64,000 nt of DNA from Yuukianura sp. NJ FZ-2021. Its lineage: Eukaryota. Position 1 is the stretch's first letter; every line of letters begins with the position of its first letter. The translations under genes were made by a program, and so were the position numbers. The notes beneath the pieces are model-generated. The model was not told the DNA's origin and made no database searches. It was given only the letters and a program-made list of their open reading frames with translations. The stretch is from positions 14,384,001 through 14,448,000 of the forward strand of contig CM102285.1 of NCBI GenBank assembly GCA_046563655.1, written 5' to 3'. Shown one piece after another: positions 1 to 12,035 of this stretch.

Positions 1-588
1 TCCAGTTCGATTCTCTTTTTACAAGTTGCCATATCCTGAATCAAACAAAATGTGAATTTAACATTGTAGATTGAAGACTGAGAATTACACATGAGATTGT
101 AAATGAATAAAGAAAACCTCGGACTCGATCGTTGCGAGATTCAAAGTGGCGAATCTAATGAATTGGTCTGACGCAGATACGACTGCAAGCTTGCACTTTC
201 CGGCACCCTTCCTCAAAATATCTACGGTTTCTTTCAGTTCCTGTGCCAGATAGTTGACAGTTGATCCTGAGCAAAATTTAAAAGTAACTCACAATTTATG
301 CAATTGGACATCCGAAACAGAAATCGGTAAGGAAACTCTACCTTCTGAAATTCCAATAAAATATATTAGGGTTCTGATGGCGGAAATTGCTGGAGACTGA
401 GTTTTGTACTGGTTTTTGAATTCTTCGAATTTCTTCAACACGACTTCAACCCGTTCATCTAAATCAAGAAAATACAATGCACAATGAAGCAAATAGCCAA
501 TGTTCGTATATTAGTTTTACAGTCGAGCAGTAGTTTGGTATTCGTTAGCAAATACAATCCATGAAAACCACTTACCGGTGCCACCCAT
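1..588 (-). CDS. EIF2B1: Translation initiation factor eIF-2B subunit alpha, 5' part (runs off the window start)
   Basis: Spliced exons 576-588, 342-458, ~118-266 and 1-36 give MGGTDERVEVVLKKFEEF...AISAIRTLIYFIGISEGSTVNYLAQELKETVDIL...AVVSASDQFIRFATL...DMATCKKRIE. This resembles the eIF2B-alpha N-terminus (AAIRTLLEFL...AVSSGGELFLRFISL...DYSKCKK). All introns are GT-AG. Confidence 0.8.
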
Positions 589-1461
589 TGCTACTAAAGC
601 TGTGACAGATTAATCAATTAACGACTGTTGGAGTTGCTTGTTATGAATCAATTAATCTGAAATCGGTTAATTAGAAGTTAAGTGGCACTCCACACTCCAG
701 TGTTTTGAAATTTCAACAAAACTAAAAAAAAATATTACGTTGGAGTAAGGTAGAACGGACGTCATTGTAACCTCATAATGTAACCACTTTGCGGATACAA
801 AAAATTGCTTCGCCAATTGGCTACTTATGCTGCCATTTCTGGAGAGATTTGGTGATCTTAGAACGGCTGCAATTGTTGCCACCAAATTGTGGGTGCCTAT
901 TGTAGCCACATACGATGACCGAAGTGGCTACATTTTCGAATACAATAACTTTACTTAAACCTTACGTCAACCAAATCTAAAAATGTCAAAAACATAATTT
1001 GAAATTTAAAACTGCCAATCCCGCTCCCGCCCGTTCAAAAAATTTGCCACTGTGAGACAACTCTTTAGCGAATTGTGTAACAGTAAGTAAAAATAAAATA
1101 TTAAATAGATATTTTATTTTTTTACTTTAATTGGAGTAATTAATCACAAATAAAACGAAGTAACTAATTAAACAATTACATTGTTTTATTTATCAAAGCC
1201 ATACGAATAAACAAAATGTTCAGAAGATTTGCAAAACTTAGCAACTATAATTTACAGTGTGCATGAAAATGGAAAGTCTCACTGGAATTTAAACTGGTAA
1301 TTGTGTTGTTGTGATGAATGTTGAGAAAGACAATTAATTGTGGAAGATTTCCTTAATTCCTTTGAACAGTCTTCTGGATGCTTTTGTGCTTGTGGCAATT
1401 GTTATAATATTGGCAGATCGAACTCTACGAATGGTTGACATTCGGTAGTCAGTTGGAAAAA

Positions 1462-2173
1462 TCATTTGATCTTAGACTGGAGCCACTCTTCCGTCAGTTC
1501 CTCCAGTTCCCGGATTTCGTAGACCCTGGTAAAATTTAGTTCACGTTGCAGATGAAGTTTACTTCCAGCGTACATCATTTGTAGTTCCGGATTGCTGTCT
1601 CTTGGTGTAATGTAAATGAAGCATAAGGGATACGAAATACGTCCATCCGGATGGTTCATCCGATAAGACAGAACGAGAAACCGAGGCTGATGATCCGGAA
1701 GTTCTTCCAATAGTTCGGGAATCGTCGTATCCTGCAAAACCCAAAAATTAGAGAGTTTGAGTTTATGCAATGACTAGTCAATTTCTTAATTTCAGTAATT
1801 AAGAATGTGCTGTTGTGGTGGGTCATAAAAGTTCTCGTACATCCAACGTCTGGTCGATGACTATCGTCTGTTTCTCACGGTCCACCTTCACTACAAACAT
1901 ATAATTACACAAACGTTTATCATTTTGTTAAAAAATCATTCATAATTTTAATCTTTGCTTTGGAAATTACTTATAATGGCCGAATTTCCTGTCAAGTCTT
2001 TCCGAAAACGAAATGCCTGAAGAGAATCCTTCAACTGCGGATCAATTTCACATACTTGCATATCACCCGACTGCAAACAAATAAAAACAACTTTTACAAC
2101 TAATCTAGTCAAAGATAAATGAAAACCGGAAGTTTACTTTTATGAGATGACAGTGTTAGAACGTCCTTACCAT
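1462..2173 (-). CDS. GMF: Glia maturation factor (ADF-H domain)
   Basis: ATG-only first exon (2171-2173, followed by GTAAG), then MSGDMQVCEIDPQLKDSLQAFRFRK...SAIIMKVDREKQ...LPDHQPRFLVLSY...DGRISYPLCFIYITP...QMMYAGSK...EIRELEELTEEWL. Characteristic GMF sequence. Confidence 0.95.
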
Positions 2174-4102
2174 GTTAAGGGGTATCCTCTCGTCCGTATT
2201 CGTTATGTTTCTGAATCTGAACGTGTTAAATGTCGTTTTTAGTTGAGTTGGACAACTTATAGTTGACGACTGGCCAAATTTAATTTCCTGGACAGCAACA
2301 GCTGATTAGTGACGATGATTAACGTTGACGTTGTTTGACAGATCAGAGATCCACCCCGGATTCAATGGAAATCATGAGTTCTCGTTCCACTCCAAATTCA
2401 AGGCGTCTCTTCCTCTTATCAACATGAAAAATTCTCCCCCGTTTTTGTATAATGTGAATTAAATAAGTTTAGCTCTTATTTTATGCATAATTTTTATAAT
2501 TTTTGTTTTTACATTTGATAAAAACAGGACGAGGATGTGGTTTTTGGATTTATATCGGTTTTTAGGGTGCGGGTTGCAGCAGTCTAAAACCAATTTATCA
2601 CCTCGACCAATCAAAAAAATTGATTAATCGTCCCACCTCAATTTCCGTAACAGTCATTGCCCATTGTTCTAAAATGCTCAATTAAGAATCTAGTTCCGCT
2701 CCAACAATTAAACCTACTGCCTTCAACGCATCTTCCACTCCCTCTTCTATTCATGTTAACATTATTCATTCAATTCAAATTCAACTGAATTGAATCACTT
2801 GATCTCAATCCTTTAGGAAACAAAAGTGAAGTGACATCTAGGGCGACACACCCTCTACACAAAAATTATAATTGTTCTCATTCCGTTTCAATTATAAACC
2901 ACAACGTAACTATGTATATATTGTAACATACTATGTATTCTACTAATATGTATAATGTAAAATAATGTAACAATGTTAGGCTAACATCATATGCTTTTTC
3001 ATAGACTACCGTAGCAGGTTATCATAACATGAATTGTTGTCAGACAGCATAAACTTATTTGTCGAATCATTTGATATTAACGCATGCTCCACACCTCTTC
3101 AAAAGACTGTTACCTCACAGTTTACAATGCGGTAGGACTACTTAAAAGCGTAAAGTTAATCTAACTTAACAAGTTAACTTAACAACTTAAATAGAATCAA
3201 GTTATTTTACTTTTAATCATACTGTAACACAAGGAGTAATGGAGTGGAGGGCAGACAGACAAAGGGGGTACTTAAGGGCCACTTAATGAGATTAATTACC
3301 CCTGCAGCATCTTCCCCAATTTCACAGGTCAGAATTCATAATTAACTTGGTTACATGGTCACGCGGCCAAGTTGTTACTTTTTAGCAAAAAGTCGCAATT
3401 GCAAAGGAGTTGTGCAAAAATTAGCATTCTTTGGGCCGAAATCACTCACGATTTCGTGTTACTACTGTCAATATAAAGTGTTGCGTTAAAAAGGCTTAGC
3501 GTGTTTAGAATAATAAAATTACTTTAAGTAAATACTATGGTTTAAGAGGTATCACGCAGAAGGTCAACGAGGTCAGACATTAAACTTCTAACGTGTCATG
3601 TCACGACTGACACTAAAGTTCTCTGACATACAAAAATATTACGTTTTACGTTAGGCTTGCAATAAAATACAGTAACATACTGTGCATAATGTTACGAAAA
3701 CGACTTAATTTTGACAGTTGCCAATTACACTGTCATTTCACTTTATGGACTAATCAAATTCAAGTTAAAAACGACCAATAGTCACGCATTTCATTGTTCA
3801 AATACTAAATTCCTTTTTGGCAAGATTTTGTCTTCAAATTGAAAGAAAAATTGGAAATTTTGGGAATTGGCGTGTGAGAAACGGAAGTGCTAAAAATTTT
3901 GCCAATTTTATGCGAAAAGTGTGTGGGCGGAAGGGAACTTGTTAAGGGAGAGAATCTTCCGGTGGAGATAACCAATTAAGGGTGGATCCACCTAAATTCC
4001 ACCCCTCACCACCCCCTTAATCCTTGATTGCGTAATTCCTGATTAAAATCATCACTCTTGTCCTTCCTGATTAATAATTAAGGAGTAACCATATTCCATG
4101 AA

Positions 4103-4495
4103 TGTGGCAGGTGAAATGGTCAAAATAATTTGGTCAATAAGTGAAAAGGTCAAAAAAGGAAGAATGTCAAAATGTGAAAATGCCCCCAAAAATGGCCAAA
4201 TAGCGCGAAGAAAAGATCAAAAGTAAAAATGAAAAGGTCAAAATGTGTTCAAAGCAAAAAGTAAAAAGGTCTAAAAGTCCGAAAACGGAAAGGTCAAAAA
4301 GTGAAAAATCTTTTTTTAGACCGTGTTCACATTTATCGAAATGAAAATGGTGAAAAAGAGAAAAGGTCAAAAAGTGAAAATGTCAGCTACAAATTGCAGG
4401 CTAGGTAAAGGGTTCGTTTCATTATGTTTGATCTTTTCACTTTTTGACCCCTTCACTTTTTAACCAAATTGTTTTTGACCATTTTACATGGAACC
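4103..4495. mobile_element. Degenerate foldback/MITE-like element built of AAAAGTGAAAAGGTC sub-repeats
   Basis: Left end ...caggtgaaatggtcaaaataatttggtca with repeated aaaagtgaaaaggtc; right end ttttcactttttgacc...gaccattttacatggaacc forms an imperfect inverted repeat. Related copies lie at 5152-5477 in the opposite orientation. No clear target-site duplication (TSD). Confidence 0.55.
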
Positions 4496-5021
4496 GTCCG
4501 CGTATGATTATTAATTCCTTTGTCTCTTTTTACTCAAGGAGGAGAGGGAGTTTTTGAATTTTTGTAACAATGGACCATTTCGCATCTTCATCTTTCTTAT
4601 TGATCTTCTAATTAGTAATTGACGTTTGCTCATTCCAAGGTATACTCCCTTGAACAATCAATTGTCTAAGCATTTGAATCCCTTAAGTGTATGTGTGATT
4701 GCGTAAGAACGATAAGGAGTCCCTTTCAGACTTTATCACTCGATTCCCTCCATCCACTTAGAATTGCAAATTCGAATTTCAAATTTGCACAAAGGCTCCC
4801 CTTCGAGGGCACTTTGCAAATTGAGTGTTTTTGCAAAAGTAAGAAGCCAAGAGCGTATGTGATCCTGTGGAATCAGTTCAGTTAAGTCAGTGACAGCGGC
4901 AACAAGTTAACTGGTGACCTGCGTCCAAAAGTTAAACTTGTTCTTGTGTATTGCGCAACTCAAGTCAACTTTGTGTCAAAACGTCAAAAAGGTGTCATCT
5001 GGGGCGCCAAATTTCGCAATC

Positions 5022-7672
5022 ATGGTGGCTCGCTTCTTTTTCTTGAAAGGAACGGTCACGGTGGTGCTGATTTTCCTGGTTTCGGCTGGTGGAGGCCAAG
5101 AATCGGGTAAGTTCTGAACAAAAAAAAATTGGGTTTAGGTCAGGGTTAGACGGTTCCATGCAATATGGTCAAAAGCAATTTGCTCAAAAAGTGAAAAAGT
5201 CAAAAAGTGAGAAGATCAACAATTAGAAAACCTTACGTAACAAAACATAACCTACTATTTGTCATTTTCACTTTTTGGTCATATATTTTGACCATTTCAG
5301 CGACTACATTGTTCCATGTAAAATGGTCGAAAGCAATTTGGTCAAAAAGTGAAAAAGTCAAAAACTGAAAAAAATCAAACATTAGAAAACCTGGCGTAAC
5401 AAACTTTAATCTACTATTTATAACTGTTGATATTTTCACTTTTTGATCAAATTATGTTGACCATTTCACCTGCTCCAAGTTTAACCCATGAAGTTTAAGT
5501 AATTGAGCATGTTGTTTCAGATGAAGTGAACCCTGACACTCCAGAACCCACGATGTACCCAGACGGAGTGAACAACATTCCAGGAGTGGCTGACATCCAT
5601 TACCCCATTTACCAAAAGATCTTCAAAACTTCGTTTTCGTGTACTGGGAGACTGGCTGGGTTCTACGCAGATATTGAAGCGAGGTGTCAAATCTGGCATA
5701 TCTGCGACGTTGACGAGCGGATGCAGTCCTTCCTGTGTACAAACGGAACAATATTTTCCCAGGAAACACGCGTCTGTGAATGGTGGTACAACACGAACTG
5801 TGACGCCAACTTCGTGCGCAGGAACTACGAACACAACAGAGATCTCTATGTCACTTTCAAGGAAGGAGACTTCGGCACTACAGAAAAATACAATGAGCAA
5901 GGTCAAAGGTCAAAGGTCAAAGAGGGTCAAAGGTCAACCCAACAATTGCTACAACAAGCTCCAACTGTACCTGTCTCAAGGGCGTTCGAAAATCCAACAA
6001 AATCGACTCCACCGCAAGCACCAACTGCAGCGTCGAGGTCAGCTAAAAAGCTGGAAGCTCGCGTTCCAGCGCCACCGCCAGTTGGATTCAGACCTTTTGA
6101 GGAGAATCAGCAGCAGCGATCTGAGGTCAACAATCAGCGATCTCATGTCAGCAATCAGCGATTCGATTTCAGCAATCAGCGACCTGATGTCAGCAACCAG
6201 CGATTCGAGCAGGTCAGCAATCAGAGACCCAATCTCAGCAATCAGCAATCCAGTTTCAGCAATCAGCGATCTGATATCAGCAATCAGCGCAGCGTCCAGA
6301 AAATGTCGCTCGTCCGCGTGATCCTCCTTCCACTTCCAGCCCTCAGCGGGAACTGACGAGAGAGGAACTGGAGCAGCGTCGTCAAGCGGCTAGAGCCGAA
6401 TTCTACTCCATTCCGGCTAAAATAGAACAAGAAAACAGAATCAATCAGCAGCGATTTCAACAAGAGCAGCGCTCTAAAGGTTTCGAACAACCGCAGAATC
6501 AGCGTCCAGCACCAACAGTTGCCACTCCAGTATCATCCAGCAGCACTCAGCGTACTTACCTTTTCACAACATTTCCACCGCTTGTACCGAACCAGAATCT
6601 GGATTCCGTCGGGAAGAGTCCGAAACCGGAAACCGGACCGAAAAATAAGTTTCGGCACAGCACTCCGCGGAAGCACAACGTCAGTTTCCGACCATCTCCG
6701 ACTGAAATCGAAGAAGAGCGTCAAATTCCTGAAGAATCAAAACGAGAACCGTATGCAGCATACTTTGATAACAAAATAGTAGCTCAGAAAACCTTGGAAG
6801 GTCAAGGTCAAATGTGCTTCCCATTCTTCATGCCTGGATACTTGCCAACTTCCAATGAGCCAGTAGAAGTTCATCCGACTGTTCAAGACTTGCTTCGTGA
6901 ACTTCCTGAGACGAGTACCACTGAAGCACCCAAGGTTACTAAACGGAAGCGACGTCCAACGAAGAAATCGCTGCAAACGGCTCCAACCGTGCCGCTTCCA
7001 GTGCTAAATTACAGACCACCTTATCCCCCCGCTTCACCAATCCTAACAAACTTGGACGAAATTTATACTGGACAAAAAGTTTCAAAACTTACAAAAAATT
7101 ATACCGGACAAAAAGTTTCCACCGTTACAGAAAATTATAGCGGACAGAAAGTTTCAACAGCTACAGAAAATTATACTGACCAAAATGATTTTACAGTTAC
7201 AGAAAACTATACTGAACAAAAAGGTTCAAAAGTGACAGAAAAATATACGGGACAAAAAGATTCAAAACCGACACCAACTTATACTGAACAAAAAGCGCCA
7301 AAACTTACAGAAAATTATACGGGACAAAAAGGTTCAAAACTTACAGAAAATTATACCGCACAAAAAGTGTCCGGAAAGGCAACAAAAACGAAAGAACCGC
7401 GGATCGTCGTGAAACGGAGGTTTCTTTTCCAGCATCCCCAACAGCAGCAGCAGCAGTATTCCGGAAGTACAGAAGTTGACTACTCTAACAAAAATGAGTT
7501 TCCGGGAAACCCACATTTAGAGCACCCAACAGCTGAAAGTGTATCTAAGCCAGAGCATGGAGCACAAAAACGTGAAGACCCAACTGCTGCAAGCATATTT
7601 AAACCAGAGCATGGACCACAAAAACGTTGTGCTGTTGTTGGAACAGGAAATGTATTTAAAGTCTTCTGCTAA
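5022..7672 (+). CDS. Secreted chitin-binding (CBM14/peritrophin-A, CPAP1-like) protein with long low-complexity tail; frame break near 6275-6290
   Basis: Exon 1 (5022-5106) encodes a signal peptide MVARFFFLKGTVTVVLIFLVSAGGGQ. Exon 2 from 5521 encodes FSCTGRLAGFYADIEARCQIWHICD...SFLCTNGTIFSQETRVCEWWYNTNC (6-Cys CBM14). Frame A ends at 6356; a second frame is open from 6275 to 7672 with matching composition. Confidence 0.8.
5152..5477. mobile_element. Two tandem units of the same foldback/MITE family, in intron 1 of the chitin-binding gene
   Basis: Units start ggttccatgcaatatggtcaaaagcaatttg (5152) and gttccatgtaaaatggtcgaaagcaatttg (~5311); each ends ttttcactttttg...gaccatttca. Reverse-complement similarity to 4103-4495. 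Confidence 0.55.
6105..6290 (+). repeat. Coding tandem repeat, ~21 nt (xxx-SNQR)
   Basis: About 8 imperfect copies of cagcaatcagcga within the chitin-binding gene. Confidence 0.85.
7060..7370 (+). repeat. Coding tandem repeat, 36 nt (ENYTGQKVSKLT)
   Basis: About 9 imperfect copies of acagaaaattataccggacaaaaagtttcaaaactt. Confidence 0.85.
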
Positions 7673-7854
7673 TAAAATTCAAGTATCTCTGACATTTAAC
7701 TCAACCTAATTCATTGAAGGGAGTCACTTTATGCTAAACATGACTGTCAACAGTCACATAAAAACGAAAACAAAACTATGTACTAACAATTGAATACTAA
7801 TTTAAATCAGTCACCAAAAATTGTCAAATGCTGAAATTCCAAGTACAAGTTGGA

Positions 7855-8147
7855 CTGTAGAACTGGATGTCATGTCGTCAGTGCATCTCCAGAAAAAATA
7901 TCTCCATGAAAGAGCGGGAAACTATCTTATCTCCACGAAAAGAGCGGAAACTATCTCCATGAAAAGAGCGGGAAAAGTGTATCTACACGAAAAGAGCGTA
8001 ATCACACACAACCTTAAGATAATATTGCACCTTGAGATATTTTTCATGGAGATATTTTTGACAAGGCTATTTTTCAAGAAGATATTTTTGACAAAGATAT
8101 TTTTCATGGAGATATTTTTGACGGAAATACAAAATGGGTTTGTACAG
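7855..8147. repeat. Inverted (foldback) repeat between the convergent chitin-binding and TUT genes
   Basis: Left arm has repeated (aaa)tatctccatgaaa(a)gagcgggaaa; right arm has repeated ttttcatggagatatttttgac. Ends actgtagaac ... gtttgtacagt. Confidence 0.65.
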
Positions 8148-8187
8148 TAAAACTTGAGGGCTCCGTACGTGATGGTTTTGTGTCTTG

Positions 8188-11176
8188 TCAAAACAATTGG
8201 AAATTCGATGGCGGAATTTGTTGAACTCTTGGATACAAATATGATCCTCGACCGCGTCCGAATCCAAAATCTAAAAAAAAAACGATCAACCATAAAAATC
8301 TTTACATTCCCAAACAAAAGCATTTAGAAAAGTTCAACAATTTTCAAAAAAAAGTACATACGTGGTACAAATACTGGAGGATTAGGAGGTCCTGGAAGTG
8401 GACCCAGAAGCGACACACTGCTGTTAGTCTTTGGTTGGATGACTGGTGGTCGAGCCACAAGTAAGTCACATGGCAGACCAAGATCTTTAAGGCAATTGGT
8501 CAATCGGAACAAAACGTACTTTTCGTGCATGTCTTGTAGTACACCGGACAATATCTTGATTGCTGTCTTTGACCTTGTAAGATCCCGTTTCGTTCCACTT
8601 GCCGCTTTAAGTATCATCTGAACTACCAAGTTCTTCGGAGAAGGTTCGAACGTCACTTCAGCATCAAACTGGAACACGAATGGGTTTCCTTGAAGTCTCT
8701 TCGTGATTTCAGCTTCGATGTCCATGGGGTCAACAATGGGGTCAGTTGGTGACCTGACGACTCCTTGTCGAATTTGTTTTAACGCCAAGACTCTTCCTTC
8801 CCACGTCACTTTGTCTCCAGAACAGTGCAGAATCAGCTGGAACGGTTTGTACTGCTCTTCATCGATTGTCTGTAGTTTCTGAAAAGCGGGATCTTTCGTT
8901 CCTTTGTCGTCCGAAATCGTTTTAGAATCGTTTTCGTTTCGTCTGTTTTCAGAATCAGGACCTCGGTAGAGTTTCGTCGGTGGTGGTTTTGATGAAGGAC
9001 TTAAAGGTTGTAAGTCTCGACTTGACGATGAACGTTTTGTTGTCGTTTGCGCCATGTTGGTCGGTTGGTCCTCAACTGTCCAACTTGTAGTTGCTGTTGA
9101 AGGTGATTCGGTTGGAACTGGAAGTAGAAATGGATTTGGATAAGAGCTGGCATTGGGAATCTTGAGAAAAGCAAGGTAGTCGACGTTGTCGTCTGGTGAA
9201 GTGTCCAGCACTTCTGTTGCTACTGGAAACGCTTGATCCTGTTTCTCGACTACTTTTGAATCGTTTGATTTCGTCATTTTGTCGTTTTGAACCGTTGCGG
9301 AGTCCTTGGACGACAGTGGGCTTATTTCTTCAATCTGGACGTTCAGTCCGTAGCACTTTGAGAAAAATAGGCGGAAGAAGTCTTTCATAAAAGTTATCCA
9401 GAGGACTTTCCCTTTCCGGACAATGAGACTACTGGTGTCAGGACACGCTGCAAATTTTTCGTAAAAAGCATCTTTGAAACTCTGCGGAGGCTGGAACTCC
9501 AATCGTTTTTGGTATTCATATCGACGAACTTCGGCAGCGGCGGTTGGTTCCACTGGATTTCCGGTTTGATCACCACCTTGGTCAGTCACTTGAGTTGCGC
9601 CGTTGTCATTTTCAGCTCGGCCAGCCTTTGGCACTCTCTGAACCAACTTCATCTGTTGTGTTCGATTCTTTGGCAAACCGGTAAAGTCAACTTCACAGAA
9701 CATGTTCAGCATATTTGCTGAGGCGGTACTACTTTTCCAGGATTCCAGAAGAGCTGATAGATTAGTAGCAGTGGCAGCACAGGCACGCAGGAATCTGGCC
9801 AGTATGTTATCCTTAGTCACAGCACCGACATTGAAATTGAGAGCAAATGGATCCTGGATGATCCAAGTCATACGGGGATTGACATTGAGTCGTCGTACTT
9901 CCGTAGTAGCATTAGCTTGCGCATCACAGTCGAATTCTGAAGCACAGTACAGTTTGTAGTCATTGAGTTCTTCTGGAAGTTGAGACTCGCGAACTTCTTC
10001 AAATAGTGACCTCGGGATAAACTGACCAGTAAGAGTACAAAGAATGTGAGTGTCAGCTGGAAAATTTTGGTAGAATTGAAAAAATCCTAGTGCCAATTCC
10101 AGAATGGACAGAGCCGAAGGATGTCCAAATTCGTCATACTCCACTGGTGGACGTCCATGGACATCCAAAGTGTTCAGAATGTCTTCTCTGTTGGTATAAA
10201 AAGAGGCGTTCCAGAAATCGACTCTGAACGGTGGCACTTCTGCGTTTGGCCAATGCTGAAGTTGGTACACCGTTGGTAAAATGCGTTTGTGTGCTAGGAA
10301 GACCAGAACGAGGAGAGTGATGGCGTAGTTTTTAACTTTTAGTGAATCGGTCAATTGATGAAATTTGCCCCAGTAGCGAATGAGACATGTCAAAGGACGG
10401 ACACGCGGATCGAGTTGGACAAGAAACTGGACCAGTTGAGAATTGCGAATTGACAGCATGTTTTCAAAAGATACGTCGCAGTGGAGGGAGGTGTACGAGT
10501 GGATGAACTTGATAATGGGAACACGAGCTGCTGGAATCTGGATCACTTGCTGAAAGTACTGGTGACCACGGTACTGATTTTCCCGTAAAATCCGAAGAAC
10601 TTGTTTGAAGATTCCAACTTTTTCGTTTCTGGATTTTGACCTTCCACCATACATAGAATCACCTAGAAAAATCAAACCAGAATTCAGTAAACTTAAAACA
10701 TTTCGATTAAAACTGAAAACCGACGTATTCAAAACGTTCTGGACTTGAATCAAATCAGTACCGTGACAGTCAACAAAAACGTCTAAATCGGAGTCCTTCT
10801 CTCCAAGTCCAGAAATTAAGGAACCGAAGGGATGGAGTTGGACGTTCCAGTAGTACGGTTTTAGCACAGTCATCAAGTCATTTAGCACCCTCTCACGGAG
10901 TGCCATGTCTCCAGGGCCCAGGGTCACTGTGGACACAAACTCCTCCATTTGTCGTTCCAGTGTCATTCCGTCGAAACTCTCATGTAGGATTTCATGACGT
11001 TCTTTGAATCGCTGATATGCAATGGCTGAGGCAGTCAGCTTGGGGGTTTTAGCATCGGCTGTGGAGGGTGTCTCGGTTTTATCCCGTTCTCCAGTCATTC
11101 TTCTTGGTCGCTTGTAGCTTTCCGTGTCACTCCGGAACGATTTTCTTTTCATTTGGGTACGGTTGACCTGTGACAT
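8188..11176 (-). CDS. Non-canonical poly(A)/terminal uridylyl transferase, TUT1 (Star-PAP)-like, Cid1 family
   Basis: Pol-beta NTase motif FGSLISGLGEKDSDLDV, ARVPIIKF, third Asp in CDVSF, WGKFHQL...NYAITLLV, PAP-associated IQDPFALNFNV. C-terminal TWEGR...EAEIT segment recalls the TUT1 KA1 domain. Likely introns 10663-10761 (99 nt, in frame) and 8271-8361; last exon ends at TGA 8188-8190. Confidence 0.85.
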
Positions 11177-11379
11177 AAAAAATGAGTTCCATAGTCATCA
11201 AAACATGTTGGGTAATTCCCTCCGTTTTAAAAGTAGGTACACCAATCATTAAGCGTTGTGTGTATGTTAAAAGTCTGTCGTACTTTAAGCGGGTTAAAAG
11301 TAACGTCGTACTTTAAAAGCATGTTAAAAGCACGCCGTACGTTAAGCGTGTAAAATGTACTGAGTAAAAAAGCGTGTTA

Positions 11380-11510
11380 AAATTACCAGGTAAATTAGCG
11401 GGCTTAAATTACCAGATAAATTAGCGGGCTTAAATTACCAGATAATTTAGCGGGCTTAAATTACCAGATAAATTAGCGGGCTTAAATTACCAGGTAAATT
11501 AGAGGGTTAA
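11380..11510. repeat. 26-bp minisatellite x5 upstream of the TUT gene
   Basis: aaattaccag(a/g)taaattagcgggctt at 11380, 11406, 11432, 11458 and 11484; degenerate related units further left (11250-11380). Confidence 0.9.
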
Positions 11511-12035
11511 ATGTATCGAGTAACTTCCCATAAAGCTTAACTGACCTCTGTCCTTGACGATCACGGCGCAGTGGCAGTGGTCGTTCACGATCACGGCGCA
11601 GTGGTCGTTCTCTCTGTTAATTTTCCATTTGATTGTTAATCCCTGTTAATCTAATGTAGTAGCGTCACGAACACGAAATAATCTACATGTAAATTAAAAT
11701 TGTAACTTAAAAACAGTAAAAACGTGTCTAAAGTCCCTGTTTTCCCTTTCCTTTTGTTTGTGGACCAGTGTGGCGCGCTCCTGACGCCACATGTCTTTAC
11801 AACGCCGAGCTGGCTGCGGCTAAATGCTAAATTAAAAATTGATATCAATGTAAGATCACCCATAAATTTACCGAAATACTTTATTATTTTATTGCAAAAA
11901 ATCGGTAAAGTTACATAAATGCAGTAGGAAATTACGAAAGTTTAATTTAACATATTCCTCCATCGTAATTTAACATTAATCCTTAAAGCAACTGCGGATT
12001 GTGGAACTTGCGATTCACAAGTTGTGAACGTTAGT

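Noticed and set aside
3007..3134. Possible TA-CCGTA...GCGG-TA MITE
   Set aside because: Inverted match is only ~6 bp with mismatches; compatible with chance.
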